Shown here: piece after piece, positions 11,394-22,547 of the stretch | Numbering within the stretch: the first letter of the stretch is position 1 | Layout: every line of letters starts with the position of its first letter | From: TPA_inf: Saccharomyces | Taxonomy: Eukaryota | DNA: 64,000 nucleotides | Direction of reading: 5' to 3' | Assembly: GCA_000146045.2 (NCBI GenBank) | Contig: BK006936.2 | Location: 224,001-288,000, forward strand | Program-made: the position numbers and the translations under genes | Notes under the pieces: generated by a model | Told to the model about the DNA's origin: nothing | Database searches by the model: none | What the model saw: only the letters and a program-made list of their open reading frames with translations

Positions 11394-11792
11394 TTACAGT
11401 TCTTGAGAAGCTTTGGCAGTCTTGGCAGACTTCTTTGGCAACAAGTTTTGGTGAATGTTTGGCAAAACACCACCTTGGGCGATGGTAACATTACCCAATA
11501 GCTTGTTCAATTCATCATCATTTCTGATGGCCAATTGTAAATGTCTTGGAATAATTCTGGTTTTTTTGTTATCTCTAGCAGCATTACCAGCCAATTCTAA
11601 AATTTCAGCAGCCAAATATTCTAAGACAGCAGTTAGATAGACTGGAGCACCAGAACCAATTCTCTGGGCGTAGTTACCTCTTCTTAGCAATCTGTGCACT
11701 CTACCAACTGGGAATGTTAAACCAGCTTTAGCAGATCTAGATTGAGAAGCTTTAGCAGCTGAACCAGCTTTACCACCTTTACCACCGGACAT
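11394..11792 (-). CDS. HTA2: Histone H2A (132 aa)
   Basis: [132 protein letters not shown]; divergently paired with H2B. Confidence 0.97.
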   Translation of the reverse strand: MSGGKGGKAGSAAKASQSRSAKAGLTFPVGRVHRLLRRGNYAQRIGSGAPVYLTAVLEYLAAEILELAGNAARDNKKTRIIPRHLQLAIRNDDELNKLLGNVTIAQGGVLPNIHQNLLPKKSAKTAKASQEL

Positions 11793-12083
11793 TATATATT
11801 AAATTTGCTCTTGTTCTGTACTTTCCTAATTCTTATGTAAAAAGACAAGAATTTATGATACTATTTAATAACAAAAAACTACCTAAGAAAAGCATCATGC
11901 AGTCGAAATTGAAATCGAAAAGTAAAACTTTAACGGAACATGTTTGAAATTCTAAGAAAGCATACATCTTCATCCCTTATATATAGAGTTATGTTTGATA
12001 TTAGTAGTCATGTTGTAATCTCTGGCCTAAGTATACGTAACGAAAATGGTAGCACGTCGCGTTTATGGCCCCCAGGTTAATGT

Positions 12084-12126
12084 GTTCTCTGAAATTCGCA
12101 TCACTTTGAGAAATAATGGGAACACC
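12084..12126. promoter_or_regulatory. Histone UAS-like elements (GCGAAAAANTNNGAAC family) in the HTA2-HTB2 divergent promoter
   Basis: GTTCTCTGAAATTCGC at 12084-12099 (reverse orientation, GCGAA...GAAC ends conserved) and GAGAAATAATGGGAAC at 12111-12126 (14/16). TATATAAG at 12289-12296 is a likely HTB2 TATA. Confidence 0.45.
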
Positions 12127-12491
12127 TTACGCGTGAGCTGTGCCCACCGCTTCGCCTAATAAAGCGGTGTTCTCAAAATTTCTCCCCGTTTTCAGGATCA
12201 CGAGCGCCATCTAGTTCTGGTAAAATCGCGCTTACAAGAACAAAGAAAAGAAACATCGCGTAATGCAACAGTGAGACACTTGCCGTCATATATAAGGTTT
12301 TGGATCAGTAACCGTTATTTGAGCATAACACAGGTTTTTAAATATATTATTATATATCATGGTATATGTGTAAAATTTTTTTGCTGACTGGTTTTGTTTA
12401 TTTATTTAGCTTTTTAAAAATTTTACTTTCTTCTTGTTAATTTTTTCTGATTGCTCTATACTCAAACCAACAACAACTTACTCTACAACTA

Positions 12492-12887
12492 ATGTCCTCT
12501 GCCGCCGAAAAGAAACCAGCTTCCAAAGCTCCAGCTGAAAAGAAGCCAGCTGCCAAGAAAACATCAACCTCCGTCGATGGTAAGAAGAGATCTAAGGTTA
12601 GAAAGGAGACCTATTCCTCTTATATTTACAAAGTTTTGAAGCAAACTCACCCAGACACTGGTATTTCCCAGAAGTCTATGTCTATTTTGAACTCTTTCGT
12701 TAACGATATCTTTGAAAGAATTGCTACTGAAGCTTCTAAATTGGCCGCTTATAACAAGAAATCCACTATTTCTGCTAGAGAAATCCAAACAGCCGTTAGA
12801 TTGATCTTACCTGGTGAATTGGCTAAACATGCCGTCTCCGAAGGTACTAGGGCTGTTACCAAATACTCCTCCTCTACTCAAGCCTAA
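12492..12887 (+). CDS. HTB2: Histone H2B (131 aa)
   Basis: [131 protein letters not shown]. Confidence 0.97.
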   Translation: MSSAAEKKPASKAPAEKKPAAKKTSTSVDGKKRSKVRKETYSSYIYKVLKQTHPDTGISQKSMSILNSFVNDIFERIATEASKLAAYNKKSTISAREIQTAVRLILPGELAKHAVSEGTRAVTKYSSSTQA

Positions 12888-13152
12888 GTCACTCACTAGG
12901 TATTGTGATTTAGTCATGTTTTCTTTTTATTAGTGGCATTTTTTATATATTGTAACATTAGGGTTCTGTTACTTGTCCAGATATGATTGGAAGGGTCTAG
13001 TCTATCAGCCTCCGAAGGGAGTTGTATAAATGTATATATATAACTTTATAAACAAAAAAAATTGGGAAAGATATTTTGCAAACAGTTATTATTAAATTGT
13101 TTCTTAAACTCTCCTTAAAGATATACCCTATTTAGGTTCACTACACGAGCAT

Positions 13153-13467
13153 TCATTGAGAAATTTTTTTTAAAACAACATCGATCTTATCTTGAGCAGT
13201 TTGGTGCTTATCAGTTCTAGTCCCAACACGAATATCAGTGTGTACTCTAACATATCCTTTCTCATGACCGTATTCATGGATTTCGCCAATCAAACCCATC
13301 ACATCATCCCAAGGCCCTTCAATTGTTGTTCCTGCACTGTGTAAAGTGCTCTTTAATGGGCTTTCTCTGATTTTTTTTTCAATGAGTGCAACAAAATCAG
13401 AAATACTAGCAGAGTCGGTGCCAATAGGGACCATACACACGTCCGCTAAACAAAAGATCTTGGGCAT
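13153..13467 (-). CDS. ECM15: ECM15 (YBL001C), small conserved DUF77/MTH1187-family protein (104 aa)
   Basis: 104-aa [35 protein letters not shown]..., positioned between HTB2 and the centromere as on chrII. Confidence 0.85.
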
Positions 13468-14206
13468 TTTCTAAACTTGTAGTTTATGTGCTTTATAGTT
13501 AATGATCACGACGGCAATGACAAAAACTGAATATCTTGATCTCTCCTTTTGACGATGTCAGTGAATCCCGGTTAATGATATTCTGTTTTTCACGGGGTGG
13601 AAAAGAGGGGAGCTTGAATCATACTAAAAAAGGAATGTCAAAGAGCTATATAATTCGAATAAAAAGTAAAAGAAACGAAAGGTTTTATTAAAGGGTTTGG
13701 AGCTGTTTTCGGACTGAAAGCCAGTAACAAGCTTGTGTAGGAGTTTGTCTGAAAACCATCTTCATTTCAAATAAGAGAGCGAGTAATTTTTAAATAATTT
13801 CTTTTCTGAACTACTTAAATCGCTATGTACCTTGCGAAAATTATTCTTTAATAGTTTAACTAAAAGTAAAAAGTTAGAAATCATAAATAAAAAATCAAAG
13901 AGACAAATCTCGTTGCAAAAGCTTGAAAAATAGTGCTTTACCAACAGGTTGGCAAACCAGAATGCTAACAAAACTTAAAATCCCATTTCCCAAGAGGATC
14001 AATCAATCATATTTACCTTGATAGTATAGGATACAAGTGTCTGTGCAGGCCTCCGATAACATGTAAAGTAATAAAAGTAGGAGTACTTGCTTTCAGCAGA
14101 AAATGAAAAAAAGAACGTTCAAACAGACTGAAAATATAGCTATTCAACTGGCACCTACTAATATCAATAATAATAAATTAATCTTGAGCAAATTGATCCT
14201 ACATAA

Positions 14207-14324
14207 ATCATGTGACTTATTTATTTAATTATTATTAAGTAAAAAAGATTTTCTATTTAAATTTATTAATTAATTTTTTTTCTTAAATAATTATTTTATG
14301 TTTTTGTTTTCCGAAAAAGAAAAA
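14207..14324 (+). other. CEN2: Point centromere (CEN2-like): CDEI 14207-14216, CDEII 14217-14298 (82 bp, >90% A+T), CDEIII 14299-14324
   Basis: CDEI core CATGTGAC, which is GTCACATG on the other strand and matches RTCACRTG. Then 82 bp of almost pure A/T. Then TGTTTTTGTTTTCCGAAAAAGAAAAA, matching the CDEIII consensus TGTxTxTGxxTTCCGAAxxxxAAAA with the central CCG at 14311-14313. Confidence 0.85.
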
Positions 14325-14940
14325 TATTTCAACAAGAAGTATCAATATATTTCTTGCAAAAAATTGTTCACCGAGAATTGACAAAAAAACCTTACGTCGG
14401 TGACGACGATATACAGATCCTATATTCTTCATGTATGTAATAGATTCCCATACCTTCTTCGCATTTAAGACACTAATAGAAATGAAAGCTTTCTATTAGT
14501 CATTCTTCCTATGCACTAGACCACGCAAAGGTGAACCGGCTTGGTACGAGAATTCTATCACACGGTAATGATAGTGTTCCCGATGTCAAGCAGTCTTATA
14601 CAGTACTACCCAAGAGCTTAAGAATAAGCAAGAAGATCTGGCAAGCTACAAGGTACTCATAACGATCTTCAAAGCGTAAGTTATGATCTTATGAAAATCA
14701 GACTTTTTTGTCTCAACAAACTCCTAGTTTGAAGATGTTACTGAAATGCCCTTCAAACACTTTTACTTGAAAATCATCGATTACTATTCTAACCTTCACA
14801 AATGAGCCTTTACACAACTTGATTAATAATAATATTTGACCTTACTCTAAATCGTCTCAAATATTACTGAGGCACAATCTCATGGTTATTGATAGAAAGA
14901 AGAATATAACATATATCTTATTTACATATGTTCGTCAATA

Positions 14941-17283
14941 TTATAGGTAATACAATTTTTTCTCAGAGGGTTTCAAACTATTGAAAAATGGCAATGGTGG
15001 ACTACAAGCAGCGAGAGCCCTTCTTGCATGATTATTCATATATTTCAATCCGAGCAAATAACTTGTGTTCACCCAACCAAAGCCTTCTGTAGCGACGCCC
15101 TTAAAATCAGCACCTTGATTACCATATTCCGCATCAACGCGATGCGGATCAGTCCCTCTTGTCACATCATATTTTTCTACCACCATTCCGTTATAATCAA
15201 CAAATGATTTTGTAATCATGTACAGCCACCTATAAGCCAATCTTGTAGCTACTTGTTGATAACCATATGCAGATAAACCTTTCCAGGCTAATATTTGGTG
15301 CGGCGCCCAACCAAAAGGATAATCCCATTGCCTGATCGGTCTATCAATAGAAATAGGACCTCTTGATTTTTCTGTGCATGCAACTAGTCCGCCGAGCATT
15401 TCTAACTGAGGAAGAGCTTTTTCTACTGTGATTTTTGCTTGCTCTTCAGTTGCAAGACCAGCCCACAAACTCCAAAAAGTCGTTGCAGACTCATAAGACG
15501 TTCTGCATTTCAGTTTCGTGTTATAATAGAAGAAAAACCCTGAATCTTCGTCCCACATATACTTATTAATCCTTGTTTTCCTCAGTTCAGCTAGCTCCTC
15601 CCAGTGTTCAGAATCGGTTACCGTTCCATCATTCTCATCTTTATATTCATTACCAAAATACTCCTTAATGACGAAAGCAATATCTTTCTCATATTTATAG
15701 AGCAAGGAGTTTAGATCAATTGTCGCTAAATATGCACATACACCTTCAAACCTATAAGTCGTGTCATGTCCTGACTCTCTCACGGCACGATCATGTAAAA
15801 AAAATGCATCCAGTTTGGGTTCTTTAATCATGCCTTCGTTATAAAGGTACCTAAGCTTTTCCAGAGTAACATTGTACTTTTCAGCATACGGTAATAATAT
15901 AGTATCAAAATGATCTGGTTCAGTTTCCGGAGGGATACCAATACCATCAGAATGATAACAAGACAGCCCTGTCAGAGAATCTAACCTAGGGCTCGACATC
16001 CACACCTCTTTATATTCTTTAATAGCAGCTCTGAACGCGCGTTTTAACAACTGAATAGCGTTTGGATTATTCTTACCTCCTATCTTTTCAAATACGAGCA
16101 GAGCCATATCGGTTAGGAATGGTGGCTGAGATCTGCAAAGATAATAACTCCTATTAGCATTCAAAATTTTACTATAGTGATCAATTTCGAATATAAAATG
16201 CTCCACCATACCTCTTGCAACATCAACCTTATTACTTTCTATGAGTCCCAGTGCCATTAAATATGAATCCCAGCCATACAATTCATTGAATCTACCGCCA
16301 GGTACCGCATAAGGATAACCAACTAGGGACCTTTCACCAGTAGATGGATTAACGTGTTCTTCCATAGCCAGGGCTAACAAACCCGGTGTATCATTTAATG
16401 ATTTAACATACTCTGCTGTAATATCTTTTGGTAAGTACTCCACTTCAAGTTTTAAGGACGGGTTCATTTGAGATGCCTGAATGTAAAATTCGTACTGCTC
16501 TGGGCAGTTATATGGAACATAAATTCTTGGATTTTTAGCGCCTGGCGTATCTATTTTTGAGTCTCTAGCAATTTCTGCAATATTATAAAGATCAACTCTT
16601 CTCGTTAAACTCGTCCAAAATTGAGTCGTTATCAATCTTGATAATCTATCAACAGGGTTTTCATTTATACGCGCCTCATCCAAAAATATTTGGTGTCGTC
16701 CGAAACTTTTTGCAATGGTTAGTTCCTGCAACAAGTTAGAAAGCATATATGTTCCCCTAACATTTACATGTTTGAAACCGTTGGAATTGGCCGTCCCGAC
16801 TTTAATAACTTTGGGCCCAGTGTCTTCTATGGTAATTTGGTGATTCTTGTCTGTGTCCTCACTAGCGAGCAGCTCATCTAAAGCGAGATCCACATTATCA
16901 ATATAAAATCTACGGTTACCTTGGCTGCTGAGGAAGCTGTCGTCTTCAGAACCCCTCCTTTTCAGGGTATAATCCTTCATTCCGTTTTTGAAGTCAGAAA
17001 CTTTATTGAAAACACTCATAGTTCTGGTTCTATTTAGTCTATGAATTTTTGACTGTTTTCTTGGATCTGTTATTGGTCCATAATAGACCTCTGCGTTGGA
17101 AAACGGGTCAAAATACTCATGCATAGAGGACAACCGCCGGTGATGTCTTCTACCACCTTGTTGCCCCTCTTCTTTCAACGGCCGCTGCTCTGAACCACTT
17201 GAAAGTGGCTTTATGTTATCTTCACCATCATTACCTTCGGATGGAGGATTTATTTCCGTTACTTTTGGTAAAAAATCTACCAT
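14941..17283 (-). CDS. NTH2: Neutral trehalase paralog NTH2 (780 aa), GH37
   Basis: 780-aa ORF with trehalase signature regions (…PGGRFNELYGWDSY…, …QWDYPFGWAPHQ…). Position is centromere-proximal on the right arm. Confidence 0.92.
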   Translation of the reverse strand: MVDFLPKVTEINPPSEGNDGEDNIKPLSSGSEQRPLKEEGQQGGRRHHRRLSSMHEYFDPFSNAEVYYGPITDPRKQSKIHRLNRTRTMSVFNKVSDFKNGMKDYTLKRRGSEDDSFLSSQGNRRFYIDNVDLALDELLASEDTDKNHQITIEDTGPKVIKVGTANSNGFKHVNVRGTYMLSNLLQELTIAKSFGRHQIFLDEARINENPVDRLSRLITTQFWTSLTRRVDLYNIAEIARDSKIDTPGAKNPRIYVPYNCPEQYEFYIQASQMNPSLKLEVEYLPKDITAEYVKSLNDTPGLLALAMEEHVNPSTGERSLVGYPYAVPGGRFNELYGWDSYLMALGLIESNKVDVARGMVEHFIFEIDHYSKILNANRSYYLCRSQPPFLTDMALLVFEKIGGKNNPNAIQLLKRAFRAAIKEYKEVWMSSPRLDSLTGLSCYHSDGIGIPPETEPDHFDTILLPYAEKYNVTLEKLRYLYNEGMIKEPKLDAFFLHDRAVRESGHDTTYRFEGVCAYLATIDLNSLLYKYEKDIAFVIKEYFGNEYKDENDGTVTDSEHWEELAELRKTRINKYMWDEDSGFFFYYNTKLKCRTSYESATTFWSLWAGLATEEQAKITVEKALPQLEMLGGLVACTEKSRGPISIDRPIRQWDYPFGWAPHQILAWKGLSAYGYQQVATRLAYRWLYMITKSFVDYNGMVVEKYDVTRGTDPHRVDAEYGNQGADFKGVATEGFGWVNTSYLLGLKYMNNHARRALAACSPPLPFFNSLKPSEKKLYYL

Positions 17284-17707
17284 TATTTGAGTATATGCAG
17301 GTCTCCTTATATACCAAATGTCTGATCCGAACCTGCGTCAAATATATTTGCAAAGGAAAAATATAAATAAATAAATAAAATTGAGAAATAAAGAATATTA
17401 GTTTTAATGGAAAACAGTTCCTACAAGCGCTATAACATATGAAATATACATTAGTCGAATATTAACTTTGGGAGGTAATTACAATTCCTATCCGCTTTAT
17501 ATAATTTAGTGGAACTGGCACGCCGCTCGGAAAAATTGGACTTCAAATTACCCCGCGCGGAGATTTGCATTATAAACTCTATAAAGATGCGTGAATTTCT
17601 ACTCATTTATTACTAATTATTTGAATGTTCTTTTGCGAACTCATTTATCTTGCTCATTACTCTATAAATATCTATGCCATGTGGTAGGAAAAAAATGCAG
17701 ACCTTTC

Positions 17708-18568
17708 TTAATTCAACTTTTTTTCTTTCAAATCGATGGGGTCCCCATTGGTTTCCTCGTCATAATCACCTTCCTCTAATCTGTACTCTTTGTTTAAAAA
17801 GGATTTGTGAAACGAAAATTTTAATAAAATCCATGCCATCCGTATAGGTCCAAACTCTGGCCATAAACAATCCAGCAATTCGATGCGTACGCCCTTACTC
17901 GATGCCTGCCATATCAAAAAGTCACTTAATCTGGAAACGCCACTTGTCCTAATCAATAAATCTAAAGGGGGTACCCCCGCCGTGTAGAGATGCGATTCTA
18001 ACGTGCTTTCGTCTATAGCGGCGCCCTTCTTATGTTGAACAATTGTTTCTTTCATGGCATGCAAGATTTCTTCCCTGCCTGTATATGGAAAGCAGATATT
18101 TAACGTGGCCCTTTTGTTGTTCTTTGTAGTTTCCACAGCAACCCGAACATCTTCTAATAGAGACTTATCCAACAAAGAGAGATCGCCGATAATTTTAATG
18201 CGTACCCCATACTTACAGGCCAGCTCTCCACGTTCTGTGATTTGTCGTATCCTTTCGCGCGCTAAAGTCATCAGTGATTCAACTTCCCGTGAGCTCCTCT
18301 TGAAATTTTCAATTGAAAAGGCAAACACGGTAGCCGTATCGACTCCTGCTTCATAACACAGTTCTAAGATTCTACTCATACTAACAAATCCTGCCTCGTG
18401 GCCCTCCTTTACGTCCATCTCTTTCTTTCTAGCGAATCTCCTGTTCCCATCCATGATGAACCCAACATGTCTAGGTACACAGTTAGATGCACGCAATGTG
18501 CGCGAAAAGATGTTTTTTGTCCACTTTAACACAAATGAATGACCAGGTATACCACTATCCGTTTCCAT
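17708..18568 (-). CDS. RER2: cis-prenyltransferase (dehydrodolichyl diphosphate synthase) RER2 (286 aa)
   Basis: [15 protein letters not shown]… and C-terminal …[17 protein letters not shown]… UPP-synthase family motifs. Confidence 0.92.
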
Positions 18569-18808
18569 ACCGTCTTTTACCTGTGTTTACCCTATTTTTA
18601 CTGCTTAAGTTCTATTGAAACCTGTCATTATTACGAAAATTTTTTTTTTTTTCATTCTAAGCATTTTGTTGGCATCTTCGGAAAAAGCCCGAGCGAGGGT
18701 AACAGGGTTAGGGGATTAGAAGATTAAAGTAAGACACATTATAATCTATAGAGATTTTCTACAACACAAGAAGTGTGCCATTCAGTCCGAATTGAGTACA
18801 GTGGGACG

Positions 18809-20230
18809 ATGTTTCAAAGGTCTGGCGCTGCTCATCACATCAAATTGATTTCATCTCGAAGATGCCGCTTTAAATCCTCCTTTGCAGTTGCTTTAAACGC
18901 TGCCAGTAAGTTGGTAACTCCCAAGATTCTTTGGAATAATCCCATATCATTAGTCTCGAAGGAGATGAACACATTGGCCAAAAATATAGTTGCCCTCATC
19001 GGGTCTGGCCATCCGGTGCTAAACAAGGTTACTAGTTACTATTTTGAAACAGAAGGCAAAAAAGTACGTCCCTTGTTAGTGTTGTTGTTGTCAAGAGCAC
19101 TTTCTGAAATTCCCATGACAGAAAGAAATCACTTGAAAATTGACAAGTCGGATGTTCCTGAGGACCCAATTTACTCTAAACCTAGTCAAAATCAACTATT
19201 TCAACGTCCTGCAAGTAGCATATCCCCACTACATATTCTTCACGGTATTAAACCACTAAATCCCTTGACAAAAGGTCCTGAGCCTTTGCCAGAAGAAACT
19301 TTTGACAAACAAAGAGGGATTTTACCCAAACAGAGAAGATTAGCAGAGATTGTAGAGATGATACACACTGCGTCTTTACTTCATGATGACGTTATTGATC
19401 ATTCTGATACAAGAAGAGGAAGGCCAAGCGGAAATGCTGCCTTTACCAACAAGATGGCCGTTTTGGCGGGTGATTTTCTCTTAGGGAGAGCAACAGTGTC
19501 AATTTCAAGATTACACAACCCCGAAGTCGTAGAACTAATGTCTAATAGTATTGCGAATCTTGTCGAAGGTGAGTTCATGCAACTGAAAAATACTTCCATT
19601 GACGCGGATATCGATACCATCGAAAATGGCCATAAGCTACTTCCGGTTCCTTCTAAAAAGCTTGAAGTTAAAGAGCACGACTTTCGTGTTCCAAGCCGCC
19701 AACAGGGGCTGCAATTATCTCATGATCAGATTATAGAAACTGCATTTGAATACTACATACACAAGACCTATCTGAAGACTGCTGCTTTGATATCAAAATC
19801 TTGCAGATGTGCTGCTATATTATCTGGGGCATCACCTGCCGTTATCGACGAATGCTATGATTTCGGTAGAAATCTAGGTATATGTTTCCAACTCGTAGAT
19901 GATATGCTTGATTTTACTGTGTCTGGAAAAGATTTAGGGAAGCCATCCGGCGCGGATCTAAAATTAGGTATTGCTACTGCTCCAGTCTTGTTTGCATGGA
20001 AAGAAGACCCATCTTTAGGTCCACTAATTTCACGCAATTTTTCAGAGAGGGGTGATGTTGAAAAAACTATTGATTCTGTGAGACTCCATAATGGTATAGC
20101 GAAGACGAAAATACTAGCGGAGGAATATAGGGACAAGGCATTACAAAATCTACGGGATTCTCTTCCTGAATCTGATGCTCGTTCTGCCCTAGAGTTTTTA
20201 ACTAATAGTATACTAACAAGAAGAAAGTAA
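18809..20230 (+). CDS. COQ1: Hexaprenyl diphosphate synthase COQ1 (473 aa)
   Basis: Polyprenyl synthase DDxxD motifs (LLHDDVIDHSDTRRG and FQLVDDMLDF). The start is trimmed to MFQRSGAAHH…; the track start 18773 is 12 codons upstream. Confidence 0.88.
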   Translation: MFQRSGAAHHIKLISSRRCRFKSSFAVALNAASKLVTPKILWNNPISLVSKEMNTLAKNIVALIGSGHPVLNKVTSYYFETEGKKVRPLLVLLLSRALSEIPMTERNHLKIDKSDVPEDPIYSKPSQNQLFQRPASSISPLHILHGIKPLNPLTKGPEPLPEETFDKQRGILPKQRRLAEIVEMIHTASLLHDDVIDHSDTRRGRPSGNAAFTNKMAVLAGDFLLGRATVSISRLHNPEVVELMSNSIANLVEGEFMQLKNTSIDADIDTIENGHKLLPVPSKKLEVKEHDFRVPSRQQGLQLSHDQIIETAFEYYIHKTYLKTAALISKSCRCAAILSGASPAVIDECYDFGRNLGICFQLVDDMLDFTVSGKDLGKPSGADLKLGIATAPVLFAWKEDPSLGPLISRNFSERGDVEKTIDSVRLHNGIAKTKILAEEYRDKALQNLRDSLPESDARSALEFLTNSILTRRK

Positions 20231-20365
20231 ACCTTGAAATTTCAAATAAAGGGTGAAGAATAAAGAGAAAATGAAGAAGGTCATAGTGTCGCATTATTCT
20301 ATATTCTATATGTAAATAGTTTTTATATGTTTTTAGTAAAAGAAGAAATATACAAGCATTAAGGA

Positions 20366-21667
20366 TCAGGCTGGTGGTAAAAAAGCTGCAAATAGGATAG
20401 TCTGTAAAGGTATCCAGAATGCCAACCAGTATATGTAAAACTTGACTATCTTATCGTCACCTTTCGGATTTTCCATTTTTTTTGGATCAGAAGTTTTAAC
20501 CAATCTATCAGCCAAATACCAAAGGTGCAAGGGTAAAAAGGAGGCTATACGATTCAGAATTTGGACATGGGCAAAAAAGCATACTATGACGACCAGTGCT
20601 CTGGTGATCCATACGAGAGCCTTCAAGTTATAGGAGGGATAAATTTTGCTGAAATATATGGAGGAATAGATTAAAATAATAATATTTGGGACAGCAAACA
20701 AAAAGTTTGGGATGTTGTTTGGGGTCCAGTATTTCAATAACCCAACTCCCCAATAATGACTCTGAATGTAGGAATATAAAGAAGTTTTCGTGATAAAAAT
20801 GCTTGAAAACAATTGAGATTTACACCATTCACCCCTTTGAGGACAAAATGTCTTATATGGTAGGTAATATTGTTGATATAGTAGAGCAGAAAACATTAAT
20901 GATCCTGATAATAGTGGGAAACATATTGCTTTTACAAACTTCCTGTTCTTTGTTAGTTCAATAAGGTCAAAAATAAAGTAAATCCCTAACAAAACACAGT
21001 TTGAACGATTCAAGGATGCTAAGGTAAAGCAAGCCATGCTGATAAAGGAGTAAGGAAACCAATATCTCCACGAAATATCGAATTGACCCAATACGGGCAC
21101 GGAAATGGAGCATTCACGACTCCAAATACCAACAAATGCAAAAAAAAAAGATAATGGTTCAGAATATATGCTTGTTAAAAATCCAGCGGCACTCGTTAAG
21201 AAAAACAACAGAGATGTTTTTTTAGCGATAGTTCTAGCAAACTGTGATTGCCTTATATTTTGGCTGAAAATTTTTTTTGTTAGAAAATATAAAACAATAC
21301 CTGACAAGTAAAATAAAACATTTTCTATTGCAACTCCAACCCTTAAGGCATGGTAGATGCTATCGTTATTACTTTTAATAAACAGCCTAACGAAAAAAGT
21401 CCACAACTGAGAAAACGCGTATTCATGCTCAAATTGAGGTTTTCCGTTTTTGGAAGTTATGTTCTTGATAAAAAAAACACTGTCCCATGATAGTAGCTTA
21501 TTCCAAAAATACTTGTTCCAATAACTGTTGATTTCAGAGGGAGAAGAACATAATTCGTTTAATAAAAGTGATGTTGATGTATCAAACTGCCTAATTGGAG
21601 TCAAAAAAACCAGTAAATACTGTATTGAACGGAATAATACAAAATAAAGTGTCAACCCCACAATCAT
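20366..21667 (-). CDS. GPI18: GPI mannosyltransferase II, GPI18 (433 aa), multi-pass membrane protein
   Basis: 433-aa hydrophobic polytopic ORF in the expected YBR004C position. Confidence 0.85.
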   Translation of the reverse strand: MIVGLTLYFVLFRSIQYLLVFLTPIRQFDTSTSLLLNELCSSPSEINSYWNKYFWNKLLSWDSVFFIKNITSKNGKPQFEHEYAFSQLWTFFVRLFIKSNNDSIYHALRVGVAIENVLFYLSGIVLYFLTKKIFSQNIRQSQFARTIAKKTSLLFFLTSAAGFLTSIYSEPLSFFFAFVGIWSRECSISVPVLGQFDISWRYWFPYSFISMACFTLASLNRSNCVLLGIYFIFDLIELTKNRKFVKAICFPLLSGSLMFSALLYQQYYLPYKTFCPQRGEWCKSQLFSSIFITKTSLYSYIQSHYWGVGLLKYWTPNNIPNFLFAVPNIIILIYSSIYFSKIYPSYNLKALVWITRALVVIVCFFAHVQILNRIASFLPLHLWYLADRLVKTSDPKKMENPKGDDKIVKFYIYWLAFWIPLQTILFAAFLPPA

Positions 21668-21905
21668 ATTTTAATTTAGTCTTATTCCGCCTCCTCTCTC
21701 GAAGCCTCTCTTTTATGTCTTTTTTCGATGATGAGGCTTACTTTTTTTTTCAACTAAGCCTTGAAAAAAAAAGTTTGATTTAAAAGGGATTTTCTATTTT
21801 AAGTATTTAAATGACCGACAGGAAGCTCATGCAGAAAAGGCACCTGTAATAGCTTATTGATCATTCCAATAAATAGGAAAGTATAACTCGAATTAAGAAT
21901 AAGGA

Positions 21906-22547
21906 ATGGGACTTATTTCATACGAAAATGAGGCGATAAACGAGGTGAAAAAGGCAGATAACCATCACGTTAGCAAATTTGTGACTAGTTACTATGGGCC
22001 ATCATCGTCGTCATGGCAGTCAGGAATATGGATTTTGTTTGTGCTGTTTGTTGCCGCAGTAATCCTTATAATACTGTTCACTTTTGTAGCGAACAGAAGG
22101 AGACGAAGGATGGGGCGTGCTCCCATTAGAGGTACGGCATGGTTGACACCGCCTTCATACAGACAGTCTCAGCAACAATATACTGGGACCGTTCAGCAAC
22201 GGACAGATGATTATGTTCCTGAGTATACAGAAACAGCGAACGAACATGATCTTGGATACTATGACCAGCGGGGCGAGTTTCACCCCAACGATAAGGCTGC
22301 ATACGTGGCCCCCCCGCCATTGGTACAAGAATGTTCATCAGAATCTGTTAATTCTTTAGAAAGACCTCCCGCTGCTGTAGTTCACCAAGCTAACTCTTTA
22401 GATACGGATTACGGTTTAACAAGGCCTAGCAATGGGCGCGTTCCAGCTGTAAGTGATACGGTGGAGCAATTGGAAAGGCTTCCGGGCGGGACTACAACGC
22501 AGGAAATTAACCCACCGGAGAGGGCAAAGGTAAATGCAAGGTCATGA
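21906..22547 (+). CDS. RCR1: RCR1 (YBR005W), single-pass membrane protein with PY motif (213 aa)
   Basis: N-terminal TM segment (IWILFVLFVAAVILIILFTFV), then RRRRM, and a PPSY motif. Confidence 0.85.
   Translation: MGLISYENEAINEVKKADNHHVSKFVTSYYGPSSSSWQSGIWILFVLFVAAVILIILFTFVANRRRRRMGRAPIRGTAWLTPPSYRQSQQQYTGTVQQRTDDYVPEYTETANEHDLGYYDQRGEFHPNDKAAYVAPPPLVQECSSESVNSLERPPAAVVHQANSLDTDYGLTRPSNGRVPAVSDTVEQLERLPGGTTTQEINPPERAKVNARS

Noticed and set aside
13500-13640. Possible box C/D snoRNA-like motifs (AATGATCA … CTGA) in the ECM15 promoter
   Set aside because: Box C is not canonical (TGATCA, not TGATGA), there is no terminal stem, and no guide complementarity is evident. This is most likely ordinary promoter sequence.
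18773-18808. N-terminal extensions in the ORF track: COQ1 18773, GAL7 51545, IPP1 34026, YBR016W 46148, YBR012C 35596 (a GTG start)
   Set aside because: Known N-termini (MFQRSG…, MTAEEF…, MTYTTRQ…, MSANDYY…) begin at internal ATGs, and the track evidently also accepts non-ATG starts. I trimmed the CDS coordinates accordingly.
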